This document shows, piece by piece, positions 23,405 through 35,755 of a DNA stretch of 64,000 nucleotides. The stretch comes from Lepidodermella squamata (Eukaryota; Animalia; Gastrotricha), in assembly GCA_047495785.1 (NCBI GenBank), contig JBLDXI010000001.1, positions 2,418,001 through 2,482,000 on the forward strand, given 5' to 3'. Position numbers and translations under genes: made by a program. The stretch's first letter is position 1. Each line of letters opens with the position of its first letter. The notes below the pieces were generated by a model that was given only the letters and a program-made list of their open reading frames with translations, was not told the DNA's origin and made no database searches.

Positions 23405-25021
23405 CTAATCATAGTGTTTTTTCGCTACGTCGCCGTGATTCCGCTTAATGCCCAGGCTTTTAGAACGACTGAGAACTTCGTAAAACAAGACGCCAGATAA
23501 AATGCAGCCAGCCCAAACAATCGTGATGTACTCGGCTCGGTTGGGAAACGCAGTGCCACAAATAGTATACCAACTACGTGGCTCCCCTACGCCGTTGCCT
23601 ATCGCCATTAATGCGTCGTAGTCTTTCTTTGGTAGGCAATCGAAATTAAACAGCTCACTGGATCTGAAATCGCTCGGACAAAGATATTGTGCTCTGGTCA
23701 TTGGCTTTAAATAATCAAAGCTATTAGGGTTCTAGTCCGGAAAATTGAAGTAGACCTACCCCAACAACAGTTTGCACAACCATCGTGGCATTGCATGGCC
23801 CTATCGTTTGGTAGTAGCCGGTTGAGGAAATTTTGCTAGGGTCCACCAGACACACCAAAATCATGTAGAAAGCACAGTTGACGAACGCTAGTAAAGCTGT
23901 AGCATCCAACCAGCCTGATTCTTTGAACCCTCAAAATTATCTCTTATATTAGCTTCTATCACCGCAGTCTTGTAGATCTTACCTGGTTTTGAAACCGACT
24001 CATTTGCACGGACAGCTTTGAACACGATAAGGGCATAAAGACTAAGCAGGGTGACGCAAATTATCTCGGTGTGAATTCCGTGAAAATCGTGAAGAGGGTG
24101 GTATATAACAAGGAAGCACATCACCCCGATTGGGAATGTGAGTATGCCAGTGAAAAAGGAAACCAGAGTCTCTTTCACGACCCCTCGGCGCTGACGATAA
24201 TGTCCTCCGGCAATTAATTTATGAAGACCATTGAACAGAAACCAGTTCGAAGCCGTAAAGCACGCATGAAACACGAAGGAACTGTATGAATGCTAGAATC
24301 TAATGAAATAATTTTACGAAACTGTCTTACTTCCATGGAACCCAATAGAATCGGTCAAAAATAGACGGGTCGGTGTCGTGGAAGGTCCACCAAAGCAACT
24401 TAGTACCGAGAATGTCCATCGGATAGTCGACAATAACGGTCATCAAACCAGCCGCGAAAGGTTCCGCCCATGGTTTCAGGTTCATTCGTCTGGCAATCGC
24501 ATTTCCCAATTGACTCAAATAGATATCTTCAAATAATGATAAAATGGCGTTGTTAGTCGAATTTCAAATGACTCACATAGGCATATCGTGTGCAGAGGAT
24601 ATCGACGGCCAAAGAAAATGATGGTCGAATGGCTCTCCCAGAAATTATCAAGATCTGGTACCAAAAAGCAAAGCAGCTCAACCCACAAACCATTGATTAA
24701 AGCCGATAGCCAAAGATAAGGAATCCGACCACCCTCGCGAAAAGCTGCGAAAAATTGTGGTTAATCCTCTATCCTCTTTGAAAATTGCGATTGTTACATT
24801 GATAAAGCGTTCCGAGAGCACAAAAGTAGAAGAAGTATTCGAATGCTAAAAATGATGGATGATTCTTGAGAATTATTGCTGGGTCACGAAATTGAATGAG
24901 CCATTCGGACCATGAGTCTATTACACGCCAATCCTAATTTGGGATGTTAATTATTTGGAATCTGTAACTCAGGAAATAAGCCCACCTGATTGATCGGAAT
25001 ATTCATCAAATCAACCTCCAT
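23405..25021 (-). CDS. Multi-pass membrane protein, DUF7802-like, multi-exon
   Basis: The spliced protein includes FRDPAIILKNHPSFLAFEYFFY, DNFWESHS, DYPMDILGTKLLWWTFHDTDPSIFDRFYWVPW, YHPLHD and WYTICGT. The family name is recalled from memory, not searched. Confidence 0.7.
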
Positions 25022-25388
25022 TATTGAACCTCTGTAAATAGACGCTTTTTGACTAATTACACCGGGGACAATTCAAGAAAGATAGTTAAGTGGATAACCA
25101 CTATCTCTCCAAATCTCTTATCTCGTAAAATAGCCATTTGATTGAGACCTTAGTATATCGCTCATTTTAGCTTGGGATTTATCAACCATGTCAATATTTT
25201 AGATAGCTGGAAAGAGCTAAACAAAAGATACGGGCCAGCAGGAAGGCCAAGAGCTCAATGGCTACAATTATTCTCAGTTCTCATGATAATCTCATGGTAC
25301 TTTACTCTCAAGTTTCCGAGTATTAATGATGTTTTATTGCTTAGCCTTCAGAACCATTTCGAAGAATGTAATCTCTGCCGTTCACATT

Positions 25389-26700
25389 TCAGCGAGGAAA
25401 GATTGCCATGGCCCACCTTGTGCCACCACGATAAGAACCATCCTGGCATTCATTAAAACTGGTGCATCGAAACCACACCGCATTCGGGTTTCGTTCCATC
25501 CCTTCAGCTATTTGATCACTATGATCCTTGTGGCCTGGTTTGTACATGTTCAACCTCGCCCATTGTTCCAATTCGTCTGTTTCTACATCAGGCATGTGGT
25601 AACCAGCATGAGTTGTCCTAACAACGCTGAATTGCTTAACATTCGTTTGAGAGTGGCCAAAAATGATTCCTTGCGTTGAATAAGCCGTCCCGCTCGGGAA
25701 AGGCACGGGTAACATTATAGCAGCCCAGGTAATACCAAATTCGGTTAGAATCAGACACCAAGTAACTCGACCGATTTTATTGGGAACGTAAAGCCTTCCC
25801 CCGGCCATTTGAATACGCAAGTTCTCAAATTGGTGCCAAGCAGTAGCAAATGTCAGATTCTTGCGCGACACCCAATCGCGCTGTTTCAGTTGCTGCTCGA
25901 TGACATTTAGACGCGGGATAACAAGCAAATGGGGCTTGTCAAAAGGAATGTCGAAGTAAGAGGCGAATAAATAGCGGTCGAGAATGCCTTGGGTAATTGA
26001 ACGCTCGTTGAATCTATTGAAAATTTCAACAACACTGTCGTCGTGATAATCGTATTCTAAATCATGCTCAGAGCAGCGGAAATGTCGATAGCTATCTATC
26101 AAAAAGTCTCTCGCCACACGTTCCAAATAGTCAACATCCAGCCGAGGAGTGCTTAATTGGAGATTTTCACGAAACTTTGGCGGTCTGTAAAACTTTATTT
26201 GCGGCTCCCATCTCGTTAATCCAGTGATGTATTGAGTCTGTGGATTTTCAATATCTTGTAAGAGCCTCGTCCTGGCAGTAATTCCTAGGCATCTAGGCAC
26301 CGACTCCCCAATGTAAGCCATGTAGACTCGCTGAAATGCCAACATGTCGGCGCGGTTTTTGAACGTAAGGTTTAAAGCTGGTAAAATACCCCTGGAGTAT
26401 CGTAGGTTGAAGAAGGTGAGGTATCCTGGAGTTTCTTTTGGAGGTTTTGGAGTTTCTTCATGCGATGCCGTGTGAGATTGATTTGTCAAAAAGTAGGAAT
26501 ATACGCGATATCTCCTTCGAGCAATGATGTTTATGCTTCGGCTGTATTCGTTGTTCTTAACACTGACTTTGTAGCGAACACGTATTGCTGGAATTGGCTC
26601 ATTTCCAAAGTCAAAGCTACTCACGAGAACTTCAGCCACTGTCTGAAAAAGTTTCATTTTAAGCAAGCCCAACTGATTACAGCCTCACCGATAAAGCCAT
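25389..26700 (-). CDS. Uncharacterised protein, family X paralogue 1
   Basis: A 12-nt first exon (ATGGCTTTATCG, 26700-26689) splices to one long open exon. Homologous to 29698-30900. Confidence 0.8.
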
Positions 26701-26889
26701 ATAATATCGTGGTTGATGGAAGCCTGGATATCGATCAGAAATCATTTTCGAGTTTCGTTGAGAAGATATAAGCGTTGAAATTGATTGGCAAAAGGAAAGT
26801 AAACTTATTACGAATACAGCCTTCTTAAGGTGGATTTTTACGAAATTCCGATTTTTAGTTTATTTGTTACAATTTTGAAATTTCTAATT

Positions 26890-28200
26890 TTATGAAACCA
26901 TTTTGATCCCATAGTAAGCTAGCGTAAAACAGCCGCAAAGTAGAGTACCCACTCCGACTATGAGATCTGCAAGTCTCACAATCCGTATTCCTCCTCTGTC
27001 GTTAAACCGCAACACAAGAAGCCTGCCGAACAGCTTCTCAGAGACACAACACGCCACTAAAGTGTACAAAGTGATCAGCAAGCAAATTATACTGAAAACC
27101 ATGACAATATTGATTAGGTACACCTCCTGCGCACTTTGAGGTATGAGTTGGAAAATCAACGTCAGTACTACAACCATTGCCAGATTAACAGTTACGCAGA
27201 ATGAAGGTCTATCGGGGTGCTGGGGATCCATTATTAGTGCTGAGATTTGTAGCAGAAACATGGAAATAGTCGGCAGAATCACATTTCCAACGTAATACTG
27301 GTACTTGCGCCGAATTGTTAGTGTCGCGGTAACATGGTGAAATTTTCCGATATTGTAGGTTGATCCGTTGTAGCTAACGAACTCCCAAATATCATCGTCT
27401 TGCAAAGGTACGTAGCCTTCAGAAATTCCGATTCGTTCGATATTAATGGCAACTTCGTTACTCAGATTTTCGTTTTCGAATTCGAAGGTGCAATAAGCGG
27501 TGTCAAATGGGAATTTCAAGTAATTAAAACCGAAGCACAGCGACGTGAATAAGCGAACGCAGTAGATTAGGAATCGAGGGCCTGTTGCCTGGAACGGTCT
27601 AACTTTAATAAGTCGTTCACTGCGGAAATCGAACAAAAGATTAGTTTTAGCTTGAGACTTAAGAGAGGATACCTTCTCAAAGGTCGTGATTCGGTGATAG
27701 AATTCAAATACTGCATATCAGGCCACCATACGGAGTCCGACGGAATCTCGAACTGGATTCTGTCGAGAGTTGACTGTGGAATCCTTTCATAATCATTCAT
27801 CAGTTCGTAGCGAATGTCTCTGCCACATGGGATGAGCCAATAAACCCGAAAGGCCATCGTTACTGTCATGCTGTTACCAAACCCATTTTTAGGTAATTTG
27901 CATTTGAAATCAATCTTACGTCATCGAAGCATCGCTGATGTCGTTGATTTGGTTGATGTCTGAAAGTAGGTAAGTTTGGATAGGACTGCTGTGATTCCCA
28001 CTTTGAAGGTGCCACTCTGTCGGCAGATTACTCGCCGTCGCTATCGGGCAAAGCCGAAAGAATGTATCCCTCATCTCATCGGTCTTGAGAGAAGATGGCT
28101 TAATCTCGAAAGCCGATGGCAACTCGTCCCAACATCTCACATCGATTACCAAAGTTAGGAGGAATGCACAGGGAAAAAGTCGTAGTTTCCAGTTACTCAT
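26890..28200 (-). CDS. Divergent Cys-loop ligand-gated ion channel subunit, 3 exons
   Basis: Signal peptide, VWWPD, Cys-loop CFGFNYLKFPFDTAYC, RRKYQYYVGNVILP and four TM helices. Confidence 0.88.
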
Positions 28201-28433
28201 AATTATTTTTAGCACCAAGTAAAAATAATAAAGAAAGATATACAAGTGGAGAGTAATGCGACATGTCCCTATGTGTATAACTGTGCCTTTGCACGATGAC
28301 ACTTGACAGACATTCCCACTTTACTTTTTACTACCGTGCCGCACCTTGATCCGTTGTAAGAGGACCAAAGAGAACCATTGTAAGAATATAGGTAGATACA
28401 TTCATGTTATTCTATCACTTTATTTTCTCTAGT

Positions 28434-29566
28434 TCATGACTTGATGTAAAAACTGGCCAAAGACCATTGATAGCACGTAAAAACGTTAGCTGAAGGCAAT
28501 GAACACATTTGGGCACAATCGGACAAGCAATTCAATTTAGCTCTCGGGCCTGTATTTCGCTTCTTCATATTGCAGACTTCCTTGAACCTCTCGCGATCGA
28601 CAACAGCATTCGGGCAGCAATAGCAATTCGCGGTTGACCAGTTGAAATCGTGACAGAAGCAGGATTTAGCGTCTAGTGGAACTCTGCGAGTTGGCAAGGT
28701 TCTCAAAGTCGTCGTTATTGGTAGGGTTAGGGTCATTGGCAATGGTTCCAGTGGCGGAGTAGGCACTGATCCCCCGATATCCCAAATACTATAGGGTCCC
28801 GAGCAGTAGTGAAATCTTTCACACTTCCAGGCCGATATTGTCCGATTTCCTTCGGCAATTTCTAGGCCAAGAATCGCTTGATAAATGCATGAAGCTACAT
28901 TCACGCAGTAATTGTCGACCGATGTGACAGAGCATAGCCATGACAGAAGCAAATCTACGCCTCTAGCCATAATAGGGAAGTTGTTGTAGATTGAATTCGA
29001 CGAAGGAGGTGATGGAGCAGTGCAAACCGCCTGAAGTTGCATGGTTGACCAAAGTGGGCAAGAGGTCGATAGCATCTCGCTAACAGGCCGCCATGAGTCG
29101 GAATACTGCTTCTCGCAATCCTCTCTGCATATTTTGGAAGAATCATTTTGAAACCTGTAAAAGCTACTTTAACAAGCTGTCTTCATGAATTTTGCGTATT
29201 TTACCTGTTTAGGAAATTCTGTCTTAAGGCGCCACTTGCAATAATAAATCGAGGTGCCACATCGCATAGAAGCTTAGTAATAGCGATTTCCGTTTTATCC
29301 GTCATTCGGACCGTTCGACTGAACCCTTGGCATTGCTGTGTTACGATTCTAGCATGTGTCAGTAGGAAAGAAGCGAAGTGGGCCAGATCATCTTCATCGT
29401 AGAGAATACTGCAGTAGGTTCGAATCGGCTTTTCCTTCGGTTTCGGCAGCTGAATTTCATCTGGCTTAGCCTCTCGATCTTCGCCACATTTGCATTGCAC
29501 AGTTTTAGCGCCGAGCACTAAAACAATGTTGATGAATAATAGCTTGATTATAAACAAATAATGCAT
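28434..29566 (-). CDS. Secreted Cys-rich protein (N-terminal part weakly Frizzled-CRD-like), 2 exons
   Basis: ORF 29201-29566 (with signal peptide) splices in frame at about 29153 into ORF 28434-29075. It has the pattern LLC..AP..ICREDCE..CP.W..C and a Pro/Thr linker before a second Cys-rich domain. Confidence 0.7.
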
Positions 29567-29697
29567 CTTGTAATTGAAGTTTATGGCGAGGGTCGTTGCT
29601 CATCATCATCATCGACGCTGTGTAGCAAAAAACAAACAATGCGCGAAAAACAGGCCGCTAATTAGTGAAAACAATTTTTTATTTGCGAGAGTTTTTT

Positions 29698-30900
29698 TTA
29701 TGAAATTACTAGAGCCCAGTTTGTTTTAGCGCCTTCTTCGACCATGGCTGCTTCTTCAGGATGCACATTCAACTCAGTGCAACGAATCCAAAATGCAGAA
29801 CCCGATTTGTAGCTTGGAAGCGAAGTTCGCACAACGCCGAAGAATTTAGCATCAGCTTTTTTACCATCAATTTTGATTCCTTGAGTGTAGAAAGCTTCCA
29901 GACGCTCGAAAGTTGTTGGCAGCATAATCAAAGCCCAACTGACCTCGTTATCGCTTCCGAAGATTGCGCACCACTTCAATTGGCCTAAACCCTTAGGGAC
30001 AAAAGCGCCGCGTGTTGCCATCTTGCGACGCAAGGCCAGAAATTCCGACCAAGCTGATGACAACAAGCGATTATCGGGCGAGTCGGAGCTTTGAAGTTCC
30101 AGCTTTGGCACGGCATGCAAATGCGGCCTATTGAAAGGAGCAGAAACAAACGTTGGCATCAGGCTGCCTCTCAGAAATCCATTAGTGATCGTCTGCTCGT
30201 TGAACTTATTGAACAGTTTCACCGCTGCTTCATCGTCGTGTAAATCAATCAGGTCGCGATGCTTCGCACAACGCGTTGCTTGCAACATACTGCGCGTGCT
30301 TTCGATCAACATTCGATTGATGTGGCTGAAGTCCGCTGTTGGCAACTCAAGTCGTGATTCCGAGTCCGATCTTGATGGGTGGTATCGCTTGATAGTTATA
30401 GGTCTTTCATCAAACTTCGCTGGAGTTCTTCCGATGTGAAGGGCATCTCGGTCAGATGAGTTTCGCAAGTTGCCTGTGAATTTGTTCTCGCCAAGACAAT
30501 CGGGGAAAGCAGTTTCACCAATGTAATGATGAATCGCTCGATAAAATTGGGCTAAATCGCCAGCATTCCAGAATTGTAGAGTTATTTTCGGCAGTCGTTG
30601 ATTCGTTCGGCCAAAAGCACGAGTTTCGACGTGATGCACTTCCAGCTCCTTCCCAACAGGCAGCAAGAAAGAGTGTTCAGTTAGAGTAAAGGCCAAATCG
30701 CGCTGACCTTCCTGTGAGATTTCAATCATGCGATTGTAGCGACCTTTTACGATCTCGATGCTGTACGTCGCCATTACTCGACCCGGTTTATTCGCCATAT
30801 TTGTCACAGTAATTCCCACGATTTCCACATGAGCCAGTGCCTGAAATCAGAATTTGAGATAGCTTTTCAAGATAGCGAGTCAACTTACCCTGCGCTCCAT
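29698..30900 (-). CDS. Uncharacterised protein, family X paralogue 2
   Basis: A 12-nt first exon (ATGGAGCGCAGG, 30900-30889) splices in frame to ORF 29698-30828. Shares motifs with paralogue 1. Confidence 0.8.
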
Positions 30901-31057
30901 GTTGAATGGAAGCTGCGCCGAAAAGATGGTGGTATGAGCCATGACAGCAGTTTTTATTTCGAGAAAAAAGATTTTGAATGATTGAAAATGGAAAAGAGAA
31001 ATTCGGATTGCACAAAATTAAGCTAGATTTTTTATAATTCCGAAGCATTGAGAGGTA

Positions 31058-32320
31058 TCATTCCCGGCTTAGCATCACCTGCCAATAGTCATTCTCGTCT
31101 CCAAGAAAAAAAGATTTGGATGGAAGGCACAATAGGTAGTTGCCAAGAATCTCCGGATATTTCTCAGAGTCAAGGCATTGCCTTATTTTTGCAAGCATTG
31201 CTTTGTTATTTTTGCCATAATCGTAGCGAAAGTCCTTTCTCGCGATATACTTTGGGGCAATTTGATCTCGCCGCATCACTTCAACAATCTTGTGCCAGAA
31301 AGCTAGTCTAGATCTTTGCTGCAACGACAAAGCCGGCCGACTCGGAAATTGGACTCCGCAGCTTTCCAGAAAATGTATCGTCGAATCCTTGTCATAAAAC
31401 TCTTGCAGCCGGTTCACGTCCGCGATAATGACATTCAAGTCCAAGTTCGATGTTCCGAAATGGCTTAGGAGTGTCAGAGTCAGGGGCAAGTCCCCAGTTC
31501 TAGCAGACCATAACACCGCCGGTGCTACGTCGCTTTCCTCAATTCGGCTGGTAATTTTCGTTTTCACAAATTCAAGGCACTCTGAGAATGCCGTAGGCGC
31601 CAGGTATGATTGGTATCCCGGTTTGAAAAAAGCTCCCCGCTCGATGAAAAACTTCGCTGGCCCGTAATAACGATCCTCATCGCTGTAAATTGAGCATAAC
31701 TCAAGTGGAGTTCGGCCGTGAGCAATCTCTTCATCTAGCTCTTCGACACTCAAACCGGCGTCGTAAATCACTTGAAAATACTCCAGCGGAGGAAAATCAT
31801 AATGACCACAGCCAACATGGTAGAACGGCCACGATAACTTTGCCCCATTATTAACCAAAGCTTTAAAGGTATTAAAGCTCTCGTAAGCTGCAGCCGCGAC
31901 TAATAATGACCTGGTGTCATTGAATCTATCGGGGAAGGTCATATTTGGATCCGCTCCGTAATTTTGAATCATCTTTTCAGCGACATCAGGCAGATCTTGC
32001 GCGACGCAAACGCGTAGTGTTTCCTGCCTCAAGAAATCGTGCGATTCTTTGCTTCGGTTGAAGAAATTGTCAAACAAATCGAAGAAGCCGCTTATTGCTG
32101 CCAGAGCTGCGGCTTCGAGCTGGCAGCCCGTTGTTAGCCATCCTGTTTCATCGCGGAATGTATCGGATGTGCTGCCAATGATCGCTGTTTCAAGGACGTG
32201 CCTGAAGTAGTTGGATTTTATGATGGCGTTTATTCTCGTTTGACTTGTTTCCTCCTGCTGTTGGCGTTCTTCGTCCCAGTACAACACCTCTGATCTCGGA
32301 GATCGTGTGATGACAGCTTG
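31058..32320 (-). CDS. Ankyrin-repeat protein with possible SOCS-box-like C-terminus
   Basis: 409-aa open frame with ankyrin-like units (YGADPN..SLLVAAA..LVNNGA, GRTPLELC) and LSLQQRSR..YLL near the C-terminus. The start exon was not resolved. Confidence 0.65.
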   Translation of the reverse strand, partial: QAVITRSPRSEVLYWDEERQQQEETSQTRINAIIKSNYFRHVLETAIIGSTSDTFRDETGWLTTGCQLEAAALAAISGFFDLFDNFFNRSKESHDFLRQETLRVCVAQDLPDVAEKMIQNYGADPNMTFPDRFNDTRSLLVAAAAYESFNTFKALVNNGAKLSWPFYHVGCGHYDFPPLEYFQVIYDAGLSVEELDEEIAHGRTPLELCSIYSDEDRYYGPAKFFIERGAFFKPGYQSYLAPTAFSECLEFVKTKITSRIEESDVAPAVLWSARTGDLPLTLTLLSHFGTSNLDLNVIIADVNRLQEFYDKDSTIHFLESCGVQFPSRPALSLQQRSRLAFWHKIVEVMRRDQIAPKYIARKDFRYDYGKNNKAMLAKIRQCLDSEKYPEILGNYLLCLPSKSFFLGDENDYWQVMLSRE

Positions 32321-33417
32321 GAAAATAAATCCAATAACGCCAGGGCTGTGATTGTGTCATCATTTGAAAGTGACATTTTCATGGCTGAAAAAACTTACAG
32401 ACAAACTCTGCGTTGAGTTCCAGGAGTAGTATTTTTAATTGGATTTACTCTAGATTCGTATTCTCGCACCGCGAATTCGATAGCTTGCAAATAGTCAGGA
32501 ATTTCCATCACGTTGCTTTCGTTATTAGCTTAGCTATCCAAATCATGAACACAGAATTGGTTGATTATAAGCCAAAAGTTACGTCAGCTGTCTTTATGAT
32601 GACGTGTTTTATTCTTGGAATATGAATCATCACTTCATGCGAGAGCTTGATTTATTGTTATCTGGTAATTTGCTTATCAGCTCTAGTTTCAAGATTTAGC
32701 TAAGGCCATTCGTGTTACGGTTAAATCGGTGGGATTATCAAACTTTGCAGAAGCATCCTGAAGACTTGTAAATCTTGAGACTTGAATGTAGATAATGCTG
32801 TGACTGGACTTAATTCAGTTGATTGGTGTTTACTTGTGATATGATTTACGATAAGGTTCCATATCAAAACCAACCAGATAGAAAACTCTAATATGTACCT
32901 AGAAATGATCCGATAAATTCAGCAGATGCAAATATGAGACGCAAAACAGCAAGAAGTGGGACTTTTTGGGCTTCATTGTCCTCTGGAAAGATTTCCTATC
33001 GTCATGGGTCTCGATATATGCGTATTTGTCAATCCAATTGCCATGACTTATTTACAATGCAATTTTCATCGAGGTTTCTGAAAGGCTTGCAAATTGGATA
33101 TAACATCAGCGAACGTGGTAAGTATTCATCGATGTATCTCCTTCCGATCTTCTTAATAGGAAGAAAGAAATAAAAGTTAGTGTGCAGCAAAAGAGGTTGA
33201 AGTGTACTATACTACCGATTTGAAGTAAAGCCAATACTGCCACCGTGCGATGTTCATAATTAGGTAAGTTGTCTAAATGGTGTTATTCAGCTAGGGCAGT
33301 GCGCAGCTGTTCAAATGTGCAAATTTCAAATGAACCACATAAGATCAGAACAGTCACCAATTATAGCCTAAATATTAATGGTCAGGGTATACTTATCTTT
33401 GCGGCAACCATAGTTTT

Positions 33418-35077
33418 ATGGAGCGAATAATTCGGTTCGCCGTGCTTAAAAGATGGGAAATCTACGGATTCGTTGTTACAATTTTACTGCTTAAGATCTG
33501 TTGGAATGAGCGCCCATTAACTGCCCCCGAATCGCCCTCTTTCACCTCTATTGAAGTTCCTCCTAGTAATTTCGTCACAGACGGACCTGTGGACGATGTT
33601 CAATGTGACCCTGCCGAGTACTATCATGTCAGCCAGGATGAGTTTACGAAAATGGACCCGAAATCTCAATTCGCAGCTTGTCGCCAGCTCATTGACGCAG
33701 AAATGCATTGCACGACCGGAAAAGATAACGCCAGCAAGATTGCGTACTTCTCAAAGAATCAAGTTCCGATTCCTTTCAACGTTTTCGTTTCGAAAGGCCG
33801 CAATGACGCTGCGGAGGACGATCCTTGGTACGTCTACGTCATAGTCATGCTCTACGGAACTTGTTACGAACATGTATGGTACCTGGAGGGCTGCCGCTTC
33901 GGAAATCTCCGCCTTCCTGGCGAGTATTCGCAATGGTCTTACTATACTCAATGGCGAGCTATTTTGACGCTGCGGACAAATCAGCTAATGTTTCAGGAGT
34001 GTCAGCCCGTCCTAGATGAGAAGGGCTATGGGGATGAAAATGGTTATGACTCGATGTGGGTTATCGCTTTGAGATGCAAACTCCCCGCCACTATCCATAA
34101 GGTATGATTTATAGCATGATATTTCCGAGAGATTCTAACTTGGGAAATAGGACGACCTTCAAAGAGTTACTGTGCAAGGTTACTACACAGACGACGGTGC
34201 TTTGAGGTTCACAAGTTCTAACTTGCGAGTATGCAACCACGACAAGGTTATTCCTAATCGACTGAAACTGGCATCTTGCGCGCTGATAGACAACACCCAT
34301 CCATTCCACCATGTCATTGAATGGATCGAGTACCACCTCCTGCTTGGGATTCAACACTTTGTTTTCTACGTTAATGAACCGCCTGCTAGATATCGCGAAT
34401 TCGCCGCTCTGTTCAAAAAGCATGGCTATGACGACTTGGTGACCCTGGTGCCGATGTATGTCGCATTTCCAGAGTTACCTAAAGCGAGCGGATTCTTCCT
34501 ACAGGCAGTTATCAACAATGAATGCCTCTACCGAATGAAAGTAAGTTCGATATTGAAGAAAAGGCTATACAATTGCCTGTTTGAATATCCCAAGGATCGA
34601 ACTGACTGGCTGGCAGTTATGGACATAGACGAGTTCTTTCAGGTTTACGAAAGCCCGACTCTAGTCGATTTTGTCGAGCAGATACGTAATGGGTTGCCAG
34701 ATGTTGGCGCCATCATGTTCAAGTCGTGGTACTTCGGTCCCGATAACAAGAGCCATCCTGTCTCATTGGAAAAGCCATATTCCAAAATTACAGATTTCAC
34801 CCTTCGAATGGATTCGTTCATCGCGATTACTCGGGAGAAGAACATTTTTCGGACAGATAAAGCTCTGTACATGACAGTCCACTACTTGTCAGCTGGCGGC
34901 GAGTCGGTTTCGGTCGATACCATTGAGGAGGGCCGATTAGTTCATTATCGCGTTCCGACCATGGACTTTTTCGAAGAGGAGCGTTCTAATGGAACGCTAA
35001 AAATGGATAAAACCATGGCGGAAAAATTTGGTGAATCTGTGAGACGGAGGATGATGGACAGAGGCGTCAGGTTTTAG
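33418..35077 (+). CDS. Glycosyltransferase family 92 (DUF23) protein, copy 1
   Basis: N-terminal type II membrane anchor. Motifs EWIEYHLLLGIQHFVFY, INNECLYR and DWLAVMDIDEF (DxD). Two short introns. Confidence 0.85.
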
Positions 35078-35755
35078 CGTTAAGAGATGATTAGGACATG
35101 ACAATAAACAACAATATTCCACCTAATAATCTCGATTTACTTTATTTACCAGGTAGTTGGTCTAAGCACTTAGCGAAAGGAGTGATCTTTGTCTAAGCAT
35201 TTTCGAAGCCTGATACACGGCAGTTTATGGAAACTATATCGTTTTATACCGAAAACGAACCTAATTAAATCTGTAAAATGAAATAAATTGGAAATGAGAA
35301 GCTTGTGATAAGTTTTAATCGACATAGACTTAAGACCCATATTTGTTATAATCAAAAGCTAAAAGCCTCAAAATATGAGTATCCGAGTTGCACACCTTCG
35401 ACATGAACTTGTAATTGGCATGCCTAGCCGATAGTTCTCACTATGAATAGTATGCGGCCAGTCTACGGGTTAACTTCAGCCTGAAAATCTGATATCGATT
35501 CCAAATATTCGTTTTTCTGATATTTCAGCAGTTTTCGAAGCCATTGCAATAAACGTTTCTCGATTTGAAATCATATACAGTATGCAAGTGAGATTTTTAA
35601 TCAGCTTGTTCTGGAAAAATAATATTTTAGAATGAAATTTAGAACAACTGAAAATAGGATTAATACCTAATTAATAGGCATCTGTTTTACAATTTTCCAG
35701 AAAATATAACTTATTAAAAGATTTATTCAAATAACAATGACGGTTTATCATATAA

